From Octopus sinensis (lineage: Eukaryota): 64,000 bases of DNA. This document shows positions 11,821 through 25,654 of the stretch, in pieces. The position numbers and the translations under genes were made by a program. Each line of letters opens with the position of its first letter. The first letter of the stretch is position 1. The notes under the pieces are model-generated. The model searched no databases and was not told the origin of the DNA. It was given only the letters and a program-made list of their open reading frames with translations. Location: contig NC_043003.1 in assembly GCF_006345805.1 (NCBI RefSeq), positions 14,508,001 to 14,572,000 of the forward strand, given 5' to 3'.

Positions 11821-11877
11821 TATACACACACACACACATATATGTATATATATTTATATGTGTATATGTATCTATCA

Positions 11878-11947
<70 letters not shown>

Positions 11948-11960
11948 ATATATATATATA

Positions 11961-11993
<33 letters not shown>

Positions 11994-11994
<1 letters not shown>

Positions 11995-12435
11995 ATAAAA
12001 TACAAAAATGGGACAAGAACGCAACACATCCAGACAGACGATACAAAAAAAACCAGGACGGGTCATTCAGAGTTTTCTTTCCTCAGTCGAGGAAAGTTAT
12101 TTGCATTTGTATTTGTGTAACATTTCTCTGTATTTTTTTCTGTCCTTGTTTTCGTATACATTTGCAGCTTTCTTCCAAGGAATCTAATGCTCTTAGCTTA
12201 GTTTTTCCTTGGGGCTGGTCAGATTGGAGCAATCTCAAGTATAACCAGTCGAAATTGCAAAAATAATCTGGAACTCAACTGAGGAAAGAAAACTCCAAAT
12301 GACCCGTACTTGTTTTTTTTTGTATCGTGTATCTGGATGTTTTGTTGTCCCTTTTTTGTATCATCTAACTGTCTGGATGTTTTGCGTTCTTGTCCCATTT
12401 TGTATTTTTTATACATAAAAATATAACGGTGTTCA
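11994..12435. mobile_element. Unclassified element with about 95-bp terminal inverted repeats
   Basis: 11994-12090 is the reverse complement of about 12275-12410. The right arm has an internal duplication. The element is flanked by microsatellites. Confidence 0.65.
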
Positions 12436-12492
12436 TACACTTTGGTCTATATATATATATATAAATCTATCTTTATATATATCTGTATCTAA

Positions 12493-12547
<55 letters not shown>

Positions 12548-13891
12548 CCTATCTATCTATATGTGTGTGTGTGTGCATATATTCATATAGTGTGATTCAA
12601 ATCTAACCAGTATTTAGAATGCCATGTGTATTCTTATGTATCAAAAGATAAGCTGTAAAGAGAATTCATTCTTATAGTCCAAGATTCCTTACTCTGGCCT
12701 CCCTAGCTGGATAAATCACACAGCAGACATAGAAAAAGAAACATTATACTTTGTTCATAAATCAATTTGTTGTATCATCTTCCATGTTTCATTAACAATA
12801 AGATCCATTACATTAGGTAAAATCTTAGAAGCAAATCTTCAGAGATTGCATAACACTCATGAATAATTCACTTTTAATATTTATCATGGAAATTGGTGAC
12901 AGTGTTATGGTATCAAAGACCACATCTACTGAGTCAAAATGGATCAAAGAATTTCCTTCAATACCATAAGAATGCGGGAGAGAATTTATTTGTTATCATC
13001 ATAGATAATGGAGTAAGAAATATTTTATTTCAGTTGTGTCTGTGGTATATTGGTTAGAAATGAGGGTGACTATTAAGGTTTCAGAGTTCACCTCCATCAT
13101 CACTCAAAACACTGGGTGAAATTTTGCATATGTGTATTCTGCTTTATTTCTGGGACAATCTAGTTGGAATTTGGTTGATGGAAATTGGTGTAAAAGACCA
13201 TTAGAGTGACCTTTCCATTTCTTAGGTTTGTAGACTTAATCCATCATATCGTTTAAGCACCACAATGTAGCACAAATAATTTCCTTTAGTGATAACTGCT
13301 CCGTAACAATCCTTGCAGCCTGATGATAATACCTTTTTCAAATTTCTCTAACTAGCTTCAGGAGCCCCTGAAAAATAATTAGGGCTGCTGCCCTGTCTTC
13401 ACAGAGTCATTCAAAGGAAAAAAAAGAAACCTCAAAGAAAACCAAAAAAGAAAAAAAAGAACAAAACACTGAAAAAGAGTTTCATGCAGTTACTACAGAA
13501 AACTTAATGACTACTGTGGAGTGTCATACATACATTAAATGTGAACACAAGGATCATATTATAATTAAGAAGCTATGTTTCAAAAAATAAAACCGTATTA
13601 AACTTAAAACATTCATTTGTTTATTTGCATGATTACGTATGTGAAACAAATTTATTATTTTGTATGAGTACATTCGAAATAAGCTTGGCTAAAATTAACA
13701 CAAAGTAACAGAAATTTATACTGGTATGTATATATGTATATCATCATCATCATCGTTTATATGTATATATGTATATATATATATATAAATATATATATAT
13801 AATATATACATATACATATATATATGTGTATGGATATAATATATACATCAACATATATATATATATGTGTGTGTGTATGGATATGTATGCT

Positions 13892-13936
<45 letters not shown>

Positions 13937-14295
13937 GTATATTTGTATGTATAGAACACATTATATTTTTGTTTTTAAATATATAAAATGATAACTAATG
14001 TTAACTTTAAAAAGAAAATAATCACTATTATTTAATTTCTGCTTTTAATGCTAAATATTTATTTCAAATTCACTTTTAGTTTTAACCAATATTTATGCCT
14101 ATGAATATGAATGTGTGTATGTGTGTGTGTGGATATGTGTATGTCCATGTGTGTGTGTGTGCATCTGTGTGTGTGGTGTGTGTATGAAAACACACTTATA
14201 TAGAGATACTTAGCATATATTTACGTTGAAATATATATAAATTTATAATTAAATACATATTTATGTGTGTGTATATGCATCCATCTATCTATATT

Positions 14296-14358
<63 letters not shown>

Positions 14359-14387
14359 CTATCTATCTCTCTATCTACTTCTATCTC

Positions 14388-14454
<67 letters not shown>

Positions 14455-14539
14455 GTATGCACATAACATAGATGATACATATATATATGTATGTGTGTAC
14501 GTATATATGTACATATTTGTACATATATATGTATAGGCA

Positions 14540-14621
<82 letters not shown>

Positions 14622-14818
14622 AACATATATACATACATACGTATATATAGTGTTTACATACATACATACATACATATATATATATATTATAATATATGTA
14701 TTATACATATATATGTTTATATATATATATGCTTATAACTACACACATTTATGGAAAGTTTGTAAGTAGTTAATTTGTCTAAAAATTTAATTAAAAGAAT
14801 CAAACAACAAACAACCAG

Positions 14819-14885
<67 letters not shown>

Positions 14886-15644
14886 TAATAAAGAGAATAA
14901 TAATAACCATCATTGTAAAAGCAAAAGCTAAAGAGTAGATAAAGAAATCAAAACAAATATAAAACAAAGGAAAACAGCAAAACAAAAAAAAAATAAAGCC
15001 CTTAATATCTGATGAATTGTTTTGGATAAATAAATTCTGCCCAAAACTTAATTGAATATGAAGTAATAAAAGAAAATAATAGCTTTCAGATGATAGATGA
15101 AAAGTAATATTGAAAAATTTTAATGTTACTATCATTATAAATAAACAGAAGGAAGCCGACCGACCGACCGATCGACAGACTAAACGACCGACAGACAGAC
15201 AGGCCGACAGACCGACGGGCCGATCGCCCAATCAACCAGCAAGCCTAACTACCAACCAACTGGCAAGCCAGCTAGCCAACCAGCCAATCAACAGACGAGC
15301 AGAAAAACATAGGCAAGTCTGCATGAATCCGTGTGTCTATGTGGTTTCGTTATTAAGAGTTTGAGCGTTTATTTATGTATGTTATTGGTTGCGTTTATAT
15401 TTGTGTGTGTGTGTGACGGTTTATGTGTGTATGTGTAAGTGTTTGTTTACTAGTGTTTGCGTTGTGTGTAGGGTTTTTTGTTTTTGTTTTTTTTTTAGTT
15501 ATAAATGTGATCTTTCAAGTATTGGTGAAGATTAATTTAAGTGGGTGAAACTGTGAGATGTATTCTGATAAGAACCCCAAGCTCACTCGCAGAGAATACA
15601 CTCAGTGGAAGATTAGTTCTTGGCGTTGGTTTGGTTACATCGGT

Positions 15645-16085
15645 GTGGACGACGATGATGATGATGCTGGCAGTGGTGATAGTGAAGGTAGTAGTGGTGG
15701 TGGTAGTGGGTGGTGGTAGTGAATGTGATGGTGGTGGTGATGTGGTGGTGGCAGTGGTGGTGGTGGTGGTGGTGGGTAGTGGTGGCGGTGGTGGCGGTGG
15801 TGGTGGTGGTGGGTGAGGGTGATGAAAATGTTGTAGGTAAAGGTGATGATGGAGATGGGTGCAGTGGTGGTGGTGGTGGTGGTGGTGGAGGTAGTGATTT
15901 TAGTGATGGTAGTGGTGATGTAGATGGTGATGGTGGTGGTGATAATGGTGATGGTGGTAATGGTAGTAGAAGTGGTGATGGTGGTGGTGGTGATGCAGAT
16001 GGCAGTGGTGATACAGGTGGCGGTGGTGGTGGTGATGGTAGAGGAAGTAGTGATAATGGTGGTAGTAGTGGTAGTAGTGGTTGTG
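15645..16085. repeat. Compound (GGT/GAT/AGT)n trinucleotide tract
   Basis: Direct inspection. It explains the poly-G/V/P/H ORFs. Confidence 0.95.
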
Positions 16086-16248
16086 AAAGCAGGAGAGAAA
16101 GAAGAAAAAGTAAAATTGTTTTCATGGTACAAGGATCCATCTATATACATCTAAAATGTTACTAATTACTAACATACATTAGTTTTTTTCATTTTTCTAT
16201 ATATTTATACAACAGAAACACATATGCTAATACATACATGTAACATAT

Positions 16249-16280
<32 letters not shown>

Positions 16281-16409
16281 CAATACAGACATACAAATAT
16301 ATATATACATGTATACATATGTATACACATGTATGCGCATGTATACATATATTGATATACAAATATATGCATATATATATTTACGTGTACATATGTATAA
16401 AAATAAGTA

Positions 16410-16441
<32 letters not shown>

Positions 16442-16588
16442 ATACATGCATATATATGTGTGTGTAGACGTATATACCTATGCACATATGCCTATAGATA
16501 TATCTATATTCATGTATGAATAATTGTGTTGTATATATATATATTCATACACACAATTATATATAAATATATATATTATATTATATAT

Positions 16589-16626
<38 letters not shown>

Positions 16627-17308
16627 ATATAATATACACACACACACACATATAATAAATATATATATGCATATATTTACATATATATTATATATATACA
16701 TATATATGTGTGTGTATAGAGTGTATGCACACAACATACATAATATATATATCTTTATGTATGCACATATGTGCATACATAAAACATATTTATTTTAGAC
16801 AGAATACACATGCAATTATATATTATTAGTGCATATACATATACACACACACTTATTCATATTCTGCTGCACAGGAGATGCTTATGGACATTAATACAAA
16901 CAGACCCACACGCATTCTATCTCCCTCATACTCACACACACACGGGTGTACACACGTACACACACATATATAATTGAATACCTGAGCATTGAAACACAGC
17001 CATTCATTCACAGACACCGTTATGCATTCTGTAGACTTACTAAAAAGATTAATTTATTCCTTGGAGGAGAGGAGAGAAAAAAAATTCAATCAATTTCAAA
17101 ATATTTTGATACATACTGTAGATGTTTTACAATACAGAAATTATTCCCTTGTACATATATGCATGTATACATACCCATATATAAATGTGAGTGTATATGT
17201 ATTTATATGTACACGTATGTGTGTGTGTGTGTATATATATAAATGTCATCATCATCATTATCATCATCATCATTGTTTAACGTCCACTTTCCATGCTGGC
17301 ATGGGTTA

Positions 17309-18193
17309 GACGATTTGAGAAAGATCATTGAGAAAGATCCTCATAAAACTACTCAAGAACTGGCTAAAGAACTTCAAGTTAGCCAGAAAACTGCCTGCAA
17401 CCATTTACATGTGATCGGAAAATCAAAAAAGCTCAATGGGTACCACATGATTTGAATGAAAATTAGAAAATGCACAGAAATTAAATTTTCCTGTCACTTC
17501 TTCTCCATAACCAGACCAATCCATTTCTCGACTGTATTGTAACTTGTGATGAAAAGTGGATTCTGTACAATAATAAAAAACGTTCTTCACAATGGTTGGA
17601 CCAAAATGAAGCACTGAATACCTTCCCTAAGCCTGAGCTCTTCAAGAAAAAGGTTATGGCGACTGTTTGGTGGTGTACTGCTGGACTCATCCACTATAAC
17701 CTCTTAAAACCCAGAAAAACCATTACTGCAGGAATATATTGACATGAAATTGCTAAAATAAATGCAAAATTGCTACTCCTCTGTCCCAGGCTGGTCAGTA
17801 GAAAAGGACCAATCATTCTTCATGACAATGCTTGACCACATATTTCATTAATGAGACTCTAGATGTTGAGGGAACTTGGCTACAAAGTTCTTCCCTATCC
17901 AGCTTATTCTCCAGACCTTTCTCTTACCGACTACCACATTTTCAAGTACCTTCATGGTTTCCTGCAAGAGAAGGAGTTCAAAAATCAAAACAATGCTGAA
18001 GTGGGTTCAAAGAGTTTATCAGCTCCAGAACTCCAGATTTTTATGTTATCAGAATAAACAAACTTGTAACTCATTGGCAAAAATGAGTTGAATGTAATGG
18101 TACTTACTTTGATGAATGAAATTACCTCATTGTTGAAATATATTGCGATGAATTTCATGTTTCAAAACGTTGCTTACTTTTTACTCAGCCTGA
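17309..18193 (+). mobile_element. Mariner (DD34D) transposase pseudogene with a right TIR, 5' truncated
   Basis: Motifs [71 protein letters not shown] and VECNGTYFDE*. A TIR-like end, TTACTTTTTACTCAGCCTGA, is followed by TA. Confidence 0.93.
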
Positions 18194-18489
18194 TAAATAA
18201 ATAAATATATACATATATATAGGTATAACTTTGAGGTGTTTAAAACCTCTAAGGGATGGTTAAATCGAAAGGTACTCCTGGTAATTAGCTGCGTAGGTAT
18301 AGTCCTTAGAAAAAGGTGTACGGTAGCAGGTAATGTACTATTACTACCACATTTCTTTATTAATTAATTAAATTAATGGCTTACTAGCGCAAACAACAAA
18401 CTTCTTCCTGTTATTTTTCCTCCATTTTCTTCTTGCATATATATATATATATATATATATATAAATGAATGTATATATATATATATGTG

Positions 18490-18563
<74 letters not shown>

Positions 18564-19143
18564 ATATACTCTTACTCTTTTACTCTTTTACTTGTTTCAG
18601 TCATTTGACTGTGGCCATGCTGGAGCACCGCCTTTAATCGAGCAACTCGACCCCGGGACTTATTCTTTTGTAAGCCCAGTACTTATTCTATCGGTCTCTT
18701 TTGCCGAACCGCTAAGTAACGGGAACGTAAACACACCAGCATCGGTTGTCAAGCAATGCTAGGGGGACAAACACAGACACACAAACATACACGCACACAC
18801 ATATATATAAATACATATATACGACAGGCTTCTTCCAGTTTCCGTCTACCAAATCCACTCACAAGGCATTGGTCGGCTCGGGGCTATAGCAGAAGACACT
18901 TGCCCAAGGTGCCACACAGTGGGACTGAACCCGGAACCATGTGGTTGGTTAGCAAGCTACTTACCACACAGCCACTCCTGCACCATTATATATATATGTA
19001 TATATATATATATATATATGTATATGTGTATATGCATATATATCTATGTATATGTGTATATGTATCATCATCATTGTTTAACGTCTGCCTTATGTTTATA
19101 TATATGTGTATATATATGTGTGTATATGTATATATATATATAT

Positions 19144-19177
<34 letters not shown>

Positions 19178-19734
19178 GTGTACGTGTGTATATATATATA
19201 TGTATATGTATAATATATATCTATATATATGTATATGTGTATATATATATATATGTATGTGTGTGTATATATATATGTGTGTGTCTGTGTGTGTATATAT
19301 GTGTGTGTCTGTGTATAAATCAACAGATGTGAGTTAGTACAAATTATCAGGCTTTTTTTTTTAATGTTCATAAAATTATAGAGCAATTCTTCTTCTTGTC
19401 AAAATTTCCTTTGTAAACCAGATGTGAAGATATATTTGAAAATTCTAGATAGTCCCATCAAAGAACGCAATTTGCTACGGACAATTTCGGTTGTACTGTG
19501 TACACACTGATGATGCACCCACAATCAGCCATTCACAAAAGGTCTTTATGGCTTTGGCAAAATAAAGAGTGAGGAAATGCTAACCTCTCTTAGCTTTTGT
19601 GATGATGATGATGATGATGAAGTACTAATTGTGGAAAGACCTGGAAATGGATTAAAAGTAGTAATTATGGAGAAAGCTTTTCATGTCTTTTTATCTTCTG
19701 TTATTGAAATTGAAATCAAAATCAAAATCAAAGT

Positions 19735-20260
19735 GAAATTCGATGACGGGCATGAGCACCATACGAGCGTGATCATTGACAGAGTGGCTAACTGGCTTCT
19801 GTGCCAGTGGCACATAAAAGGCACCATTCAAGTGTGATTGTTACCAGCTTCACCTTACTGGCACTTGTGCCCCGTACTTGTAGGGTGCTAAGAGCACCAT
19901 CCGAGTGTGATCATTGCCAGAGCGGCTAACTGGCTTCCGTACCGGTGGCATGCAAGAGGCACCATTCGAGCGGGATCGTTACCAGCATCGCCTTACTGGC
20001 ACCTGTGCCGTTGCCATGTATAAAAAGATTCTAGCGAGGTTGTTGCTAGTACCGCCCGACTGGCCCTCGTGCCGGTTGCACGTAAAAGCACCCACTACAC
20101 TCTCGGAGTGGTTGGCATTAGGAAGGACATTCAGCTGTAGAAACTCTGCCAGATCAAGACTGAAGTCTGGTGCAGCCATCTGGTTTGCCAGCCCTCAGTC
20201 AAACCGTCCAACCCATGCTAGCATGGAAAGCGGATGTTAAACGATGCTGATGATGATGAT
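19735..20260 (+). mobile_element. RTE-type LINE 3' UTR and tail
   Basis: TGGCAC..AAAAGGCACC repeats, then AAAAGCACCCACTACACTCTCGGAGTGGTTGGC..AACCCATGCTAGCATGGAAAGCGGATGTTAAACGATG and a (GAT)n tail. The same tail occurs near 27020, 29820, 40330, 52310 and 57780 (+) and near 39600, 54310 and 56890 (-). Confidence 0.75.
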
Positions 20261-20269
20261 TTACTAGTT

Positions 20270-20822
20270 TTGGTTATTAGATTGTGGCTAGCTGGGCCAC
20301 CATCTTGAAGTACTTGGTTTTTGTTAGGCCAGGTACTTATTCTATCGATCTCTCTTGTTGAACTGCTGAGTTACGGAAATGTAAGCACACCAACAATGGT
20401 TGTAGGGAACAAAGGCAGGCACAAAGACACACACACGCACGCACATACACACACAACACACACACATACGCACACATACACACACAGCACACACACATAC
20501 GCACACATACACACACAACACACACACATACACACAACACACACAACACACACACATACGCACACATACACACACAACACACACACATACGCACACATAC
20601 ACACACAACACACACACATACGCACACATACATACACAACACACACACATACACACACATACACACACAACACACACAGATGCACACAATACACACACGC
20701 AACACACATACAAACACAACACATACACACACATACACACTGAACACACACACACAACACACACACATACACACACATACACACACACAATACACACACA
20801 CAACACACACACATACACACAC

Positions 20823-20859
<37 letters not shown>

Positions 20860-20990
20860 ACACATACCTGCATGACAGGCTTCTTTCACTTTCCGTCTAC
20901 CAAATCCACTCACAAGTCTTCGGCTGGCCAGAGTCAATATTTGAAGACACCTGCCCAAGGTGCCACACATTCAAATTGAACCCAGAACCA
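20270..20990 (-). mobile_element. Bipartite SINE with its central microsatellite expanded to about 440 bp of (CA)-rich repeat
   Basis: The SINE halves flank 20425-20865. Confidence 0.8.
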
Positions 20991-21008
20991 TTTTGAAAGT
21001 AAATCATT

Positions 21009-21460
21009 TTAACAGTTTTGCTACCATATTTCTGGCACTGAAATACATTAATTACCTTTGATTCAATTAATTTCGATAATTACTAGTTTGAAACAAATTA
21101 ACACAAAATTTCAATAGTTTTTAATTTGGATCACTTTTTGAACATAAATTAACATTAAATTTTGATGAAAGCAGAAAGTTTGGATCATAAACCCAGGGTA
21201 ATTCTTATGCATTTTGGTATCAAAATGGTTAACTCTTTCATTATCAGACTTCTGGTAAAATTCCCTGCTTTTGTTTTTATTTAATTTTGATAATAATGAA
21301 AAATGTTTAGTGAAATAATTTCGTTGTTATTAAAACTGGTTTGAGACGTAAATTAACATTGAATTTTAATAGGTTGTAATTTAGGTTTCTTTAAAACATG
21401 AGTTTTGTATCATTGAATCATCAGAGGCAGTCTCAGACAGAATGGTGTCAAAACGGTTAA
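21009..21460. mobile_element. Two tandem TTAA-flanked MITEs (piggyBac-like ends) sharing one TTAA
   Basis: TTAA at 21009-21012, 21229-21232 and 21457-21460. The first copy has ends CAGTTTTGCTACCA / TGGTATCAAAATGG (11 of 14 bases complementary). Confidence 0.6.
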
Positions 21461-21469
21461 TTCAAGGTC

Positions 21470-22030
21470 ATCCTCGTCATCAGCATCATTGTCGTCATTG
21501 TCATCATCATCGTTGTCGTATCATCATCATCATTATCATCATTGTGTTATCATCGTTATTACAATGTCATCATCATCATCATCATCATCATTGTGTTATC
21601 ATCATTATCACCATGTCATCATCATCATCATCATCGTCGTCATCGTCGTCGTCATCGTCATCAACATTGTCATCATCGTCATCGTCATTATAATCACTAT
21701 CGTTATCATCATCTTCGTCACCGTTATCGTCATCATCATCAACCATGTTGTCATTATCAACCTCATTGTCATCATCATCATCGTCATCATCATCATCATC
21801 ATCAACCTCATCATCATCATCATCATCATCACCACCACCACCACCACCACCATCATCATCGTCATCAACCTCATTGTCATTATCATCATCATCATCGTCG
21901 TCATCATCATCATCATCACCAACCGCATTGTCATCATCATCATCATCATCATCATCAACAACCACATTGTCATCATCATCATCATCATCACCAACCTCAC
22001 TGTCATCATCATCATCATCTCCATCATTCA
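21470..22030. repeat. (CAT/CGT/CAC)n trinucleotide tract
   Basis: Direct inspection. Confidence 0.95.
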
Positions 22031-22420
22031 ACCCTTCAGCATTCAGATTACTCCGTCGAACGCAGCACTTATATATTCACATTGTTTTCAATCATGTGAC
22101 ACCAGAACAGGTATGTTTAGACGGCACCTGCATGAGTGCTCTTAGCATTCGCTAATATTTGCAAGGAGGCGAGCTGGCAGAAATGTTAGCATGCTGGGTG
22201 AAATGTCTTTCCATTCTGAGTTCAAATTCCACTGAGATTGATTTTGCCTTTCATCCTTTCATGGTCGATAAATTAAGTACCAGTTGAATACTGGGGTCGA
22301 CCTAATCAATTGGACACCCCCTCCCCCAAAATTTCAGGCCTTGTGCCTAGAGTAGAAAAGAATATTTGTGAAGAGTCTAGGGCTGGGTTTTAAAGCTTCA
22401 ACTCATCCACTGGCGCTCAC

Positions 22421-22950
22421 TGGTTCTCAAGGAGTTAAGTGTTTTGTCATGTATACGAACGGAGAGAAATGTTGTTTGAACTTTTCCTATCAGTAAACCG
22501 AATTTCAGGATTTAATTCAAAGCAATCTTCACTGCATAAAATTGGCATACCTTTCTGACATATTTGAATATTTAAATAAAATAATACCAACACGCAAAGG
22601 AAGGAATAAAATATTCCAACATTGATTGATAAAATTTTGGCAAAAGAAAAGCGAAAAAGAGAAATTTTCAAATGTTTTCTAAAACAGTGAATGCCACTTA
22701 GAATGTGATATTAGTTCTTAAATCATTGATCATTTAACATTGCTGGAAGAGAAAGTACTTGGGTACTTTGCAAATATCTGAATACAATAATATGATTGGA
22801 TTAGAAGTCCATTTGTTTCATCTGTGACATTTTCCTCATTGATTGGAAAGAAGAATTGAATAAATTTTTGGAAAAAAAATTTGGTATTGAATTTTGTTGC
22901 ATAAAAGAAGTGAATTGGAAATTTTCTTGATTTGTTTCGAACATGCATTC
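22421..22950 (+). pseudogene. hAT (Charlie/Buster-type) transposase fragment
   Basis: Frameshifted motifs W.SR..V..VYE.REM, KLAYLSDIFEYLNKI, IDHLTLLEEKV and YDWIRSPF. Confidence 0.8.
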
Positions 22951-23179
22951 CCATACACCATGTTCGATTATTCTTTGAACCTTTGTACTCTAAAGACTGC
23001 TTACCTGGTTTCCATGGAGCTTAATTGACCAATGTGACAACATTTCTCCAGAACAGGTAGGTTGTCTGTTGCAGGATCCAAGACCAGTCATTTTGAGGGG
23101 AGGGTGACGTGTCCGTTATACTGACCTCAGTATTCTGATGTGTATTTTATTTTATTGATCCTGAAGGGATTAAAGGTGA

Positions 23180-23610
23180 GGTGTGTATGTGTTTGTGTGT
23201 GTGTATGGCTGCATGAGTGTGTATGTATTTGTGCATGTGTGTGTGTGCGTATGTGAGTGTGCCTCTGTGTGTGTGCATGTGTGTGTGTGGGTGTGTGAGT
23301 GTGTTGTTATTTGTGCATGTGTCTGTGTGTGTGTGCATATGTATGTGTGTGTTTGTGTGTGCTTGCGTGCGTGTGTGCATGTGTGTGTGGGTGCGTGAGT
23401 GTGTTTATTTGTGCATGTGTGTGTGGGTGTATGAGTGTGTTGTCATTTGTGCATGTGTGTGTGTACGTGCACGTGTATGTGTGGGTGCATGAGTGTGTAT
23501 GTATTTGTGCATGCGTGTGCATGTGTATGTGTGCGTGCATGCATGTACATGTGTATGTGTGCATGTGTGTGTGTGCGTGTGTGTGCGTGCATGCACACAT
23601 GTGTGTGTGT
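23180..23610. repeat. (TG)-rich compound microsatellite
   Basis: Direct inspection. Confidence 0.95.
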
Positions 23611-23780
23611 ACTTAGAACAGACTAAATTTCTGGAGTGTTTTATATATTTTTACATTCCTATTATTTAATGTATGTATTATGCACCTTTGTATGCATGTA
23701 TCTATGCATGCATTCATCTATGCATACATACATGTATTCATGCATCTGTGTATGGATGTATGTATGAACGAGTGTTTGGC

Positions 23781-23886
23781 TCATCTTTTAAACCTGAAGT
23801 TCTTGCAAATTTTTAGAACCCGAGTTATCTTGTTCATTTGTAGCATAAGAATTAAGGACTTCCGTTCTTTCCCAAAGAACCCAAGC
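23781..23886 (-). pseudogene. Short C-terminal fragment of an R4/Dong-like non-LTR element
   Basis: Reads LGFFGKERKSLILMLQMNKITRVLKICKNFRFKR*, paralogous to the neighbouring fragment at 24034-24280. Confidence 0.6.
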
Positions 23887-23949
23887 GCAGCCATATGTAC
23901 GTATGTATGTATGTACGTATGTATGTATGTGTGTCTCTTCTATTTTTCT

Positions 23950-24280
23950 ATTATTATAAATCTTTCACTGAGGAGGGATCTGGTTTCCAGCAAAGATACA
24001 AGGCTCCATCTTTGGGATGTATTCAACGCAAATTCACATTTGGAACTTCAGAAAAGTCTTGCATATTTTTACTGTTCCACTCACAGATTGGACTTGTAAT
24101 GTATGAATCAGAAGGTCAGTTTCTCTTTCTGAAAGTCCCAGTTTATCCAGATTTTCCTTTAAGCATTTACTAACAAAACCTAGAGCTCCAATTATTATTG
24201 GTATGAGAAAGAATAAATAGTCTAGTTATAGATGATGGAGGTTTCGAAGCAGTTTTCCGTAGATATCCTCTTTTTCAGAA
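23950..24280 (-). mobile_element. R4/Dong-like (RLE-type) non-LTR retrotransposon 3' end
   Basis: Reads SEKEDIYGKLLRNLHHL*LDYLFFLIPIIIGALGFVSKCLKENLDKLGLSERETDLLIHTLQVQSVSGTVKICKTFLKFQM*, with the stop at 24036-24034. A short 3' UTR ends in ATAATAATAG. Confidence 0.75.
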
Positions 24281-24606
24281 AGCACATCACATCAAAGTCT
24301 GTCAAAGTTTCCATCAGCATGCCACTCATGACTTACCCTTCATGTTGAGGACCATCACTGGTGATGAATGGTGGGTCTACAGGTACAACTCTGAGACGAA
24401 ATAGCAGTCGTCATAATGGAAGAGCCCTTCATCTCAACACAACCCAACAGAGACACAGCTCAATCATGGACATGCTCATGTTTTCTTGATGTCCACGATA
24501 TTGTGCATCAAGAATTTGTCCCCCAGGGGTCAGACCATCAATCGAGAATTCTACTGTGACCTTTTGAAGCATTTGAGGAAAGACATCCGGCGAAAGTGAC
24601 CCGACA

Positions 24607-25015
24607 GGCATAGGAGTGGCTGTGTGGTAAGTAGCTTGCTTACGAACCACATGGTTTCAGGTTCAGTCCCACTGCATGGCACCTTGGGTAAGTGTCTTCT
24701 ACTATAGCCTCGGACTGACCAAAGCCTTGTGAGTGGATTTGGTAGATGGAAACTGAACGAAGCCAGTCGTATATATGTATATGTATGTGTGTGTGTAAGT
24801 ATGTTAATGTGTCTGTATTTGTCTCCCCCAACATCGCTTGACAGCTGATGCTGGTGTTTTTACGTCCCTGTAACTTAGAGGTTCAGCAAAAGAGACCGAT
24901 AGAATAAGTACTAGGCTTCCAAAGAATAAGTCCTGGGGTCAATTTGCTCGACTAAAGGCAGTGCTCCAGCTTGACCACAATCAAATGACTGAAACAAGTA
25001 AAAGAGTAAAGAGAG
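24607..25015 (+). mobile_element. Bipartite SINE nested in the mariner ORF
   Basis: Complete head-to-tail copy between the codons for P and DLW. Confidence 0.9.
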
Positions 25016-25169
25016 ATCTGTGGAGCACAATGAAATGGGTTCTTTACGACAACAATGCCCCCTGTCACCAGGCTCCCCTCACTAGTGAATTTCTTGCCCC
25101 AAACAACATAGTCTCACTTCCACACCCACCCCACTTGCGAGCTTTAGCATTTGCAGACTTCTGAGTCTA

Positions 25170-25345
25170 GAATATTTCCCTCCCCCAACCCATGGAAATA
25201 ACCCCCTGAGGACAATTACCCCTGAGTACAACAGATGATGATTTAAAACTTCTTAATATATTGGAAAGGGGTAATAGACCAAAGGGGGGGGGGTAATTGT
25301 CTTAGGGGCAGTTGTCCTGGGGGTCGGGTAATTGTTCTGATACAG
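25170..25345. mobile_element. MITE-like insert with GGACAATTACCCC / GGGGTAATTGTC inverted subrepeats
   Basis: Inverted motifs seen directly. It interrupts the mariner frame. Confidence 0.5.
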
Positions 25346-25388
25346 GACTACCATCTCTTTCTTAAGATGAAAAGGTAGCTCAAAGGTT

Positions 25389-25654
25389 AGTAAGTAAATA
25401 AGTAACGTTCCTTCTCGAGCCATACCAGGCCCATAAGGGCCGGTTTCCCGGTTTCAGTGACGTAGAAATTCCCCACCTGGATGGGACGCCGGTCCGTCGC
25501 AGGATTACTCATTTTTGCCAGTTGAGTGGACTGGAGCAACGTGAAAGAGAAGTGCTTTGCTCAAGAATACAACGCATCGCCCGGTCCAGGAATCGAAACC
25601 ACAATCTTACGATCATGATGCTGGCACCCTAACCACTAAGCCATGCACCTCCAC
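25389..25654 (-). mobile_element. tRNA-derived SINE with a 13-bp TSD
   Basis: TSD TAGCTCAAAGGTT at 25376-25388 and 25655-25667. Confidence 0.92.

Noticed and set aside
12600-13500. LINE RT fragment (YGIEGNSL on the minus strand)
   Set aside because: A single short motif in the wrong order relative to its neighbours, with no supporting RT motifs.
18220-18420. AT-flanked island with GAAAGGTAC
   Set aside because: No CUGAnGA core could be placed.
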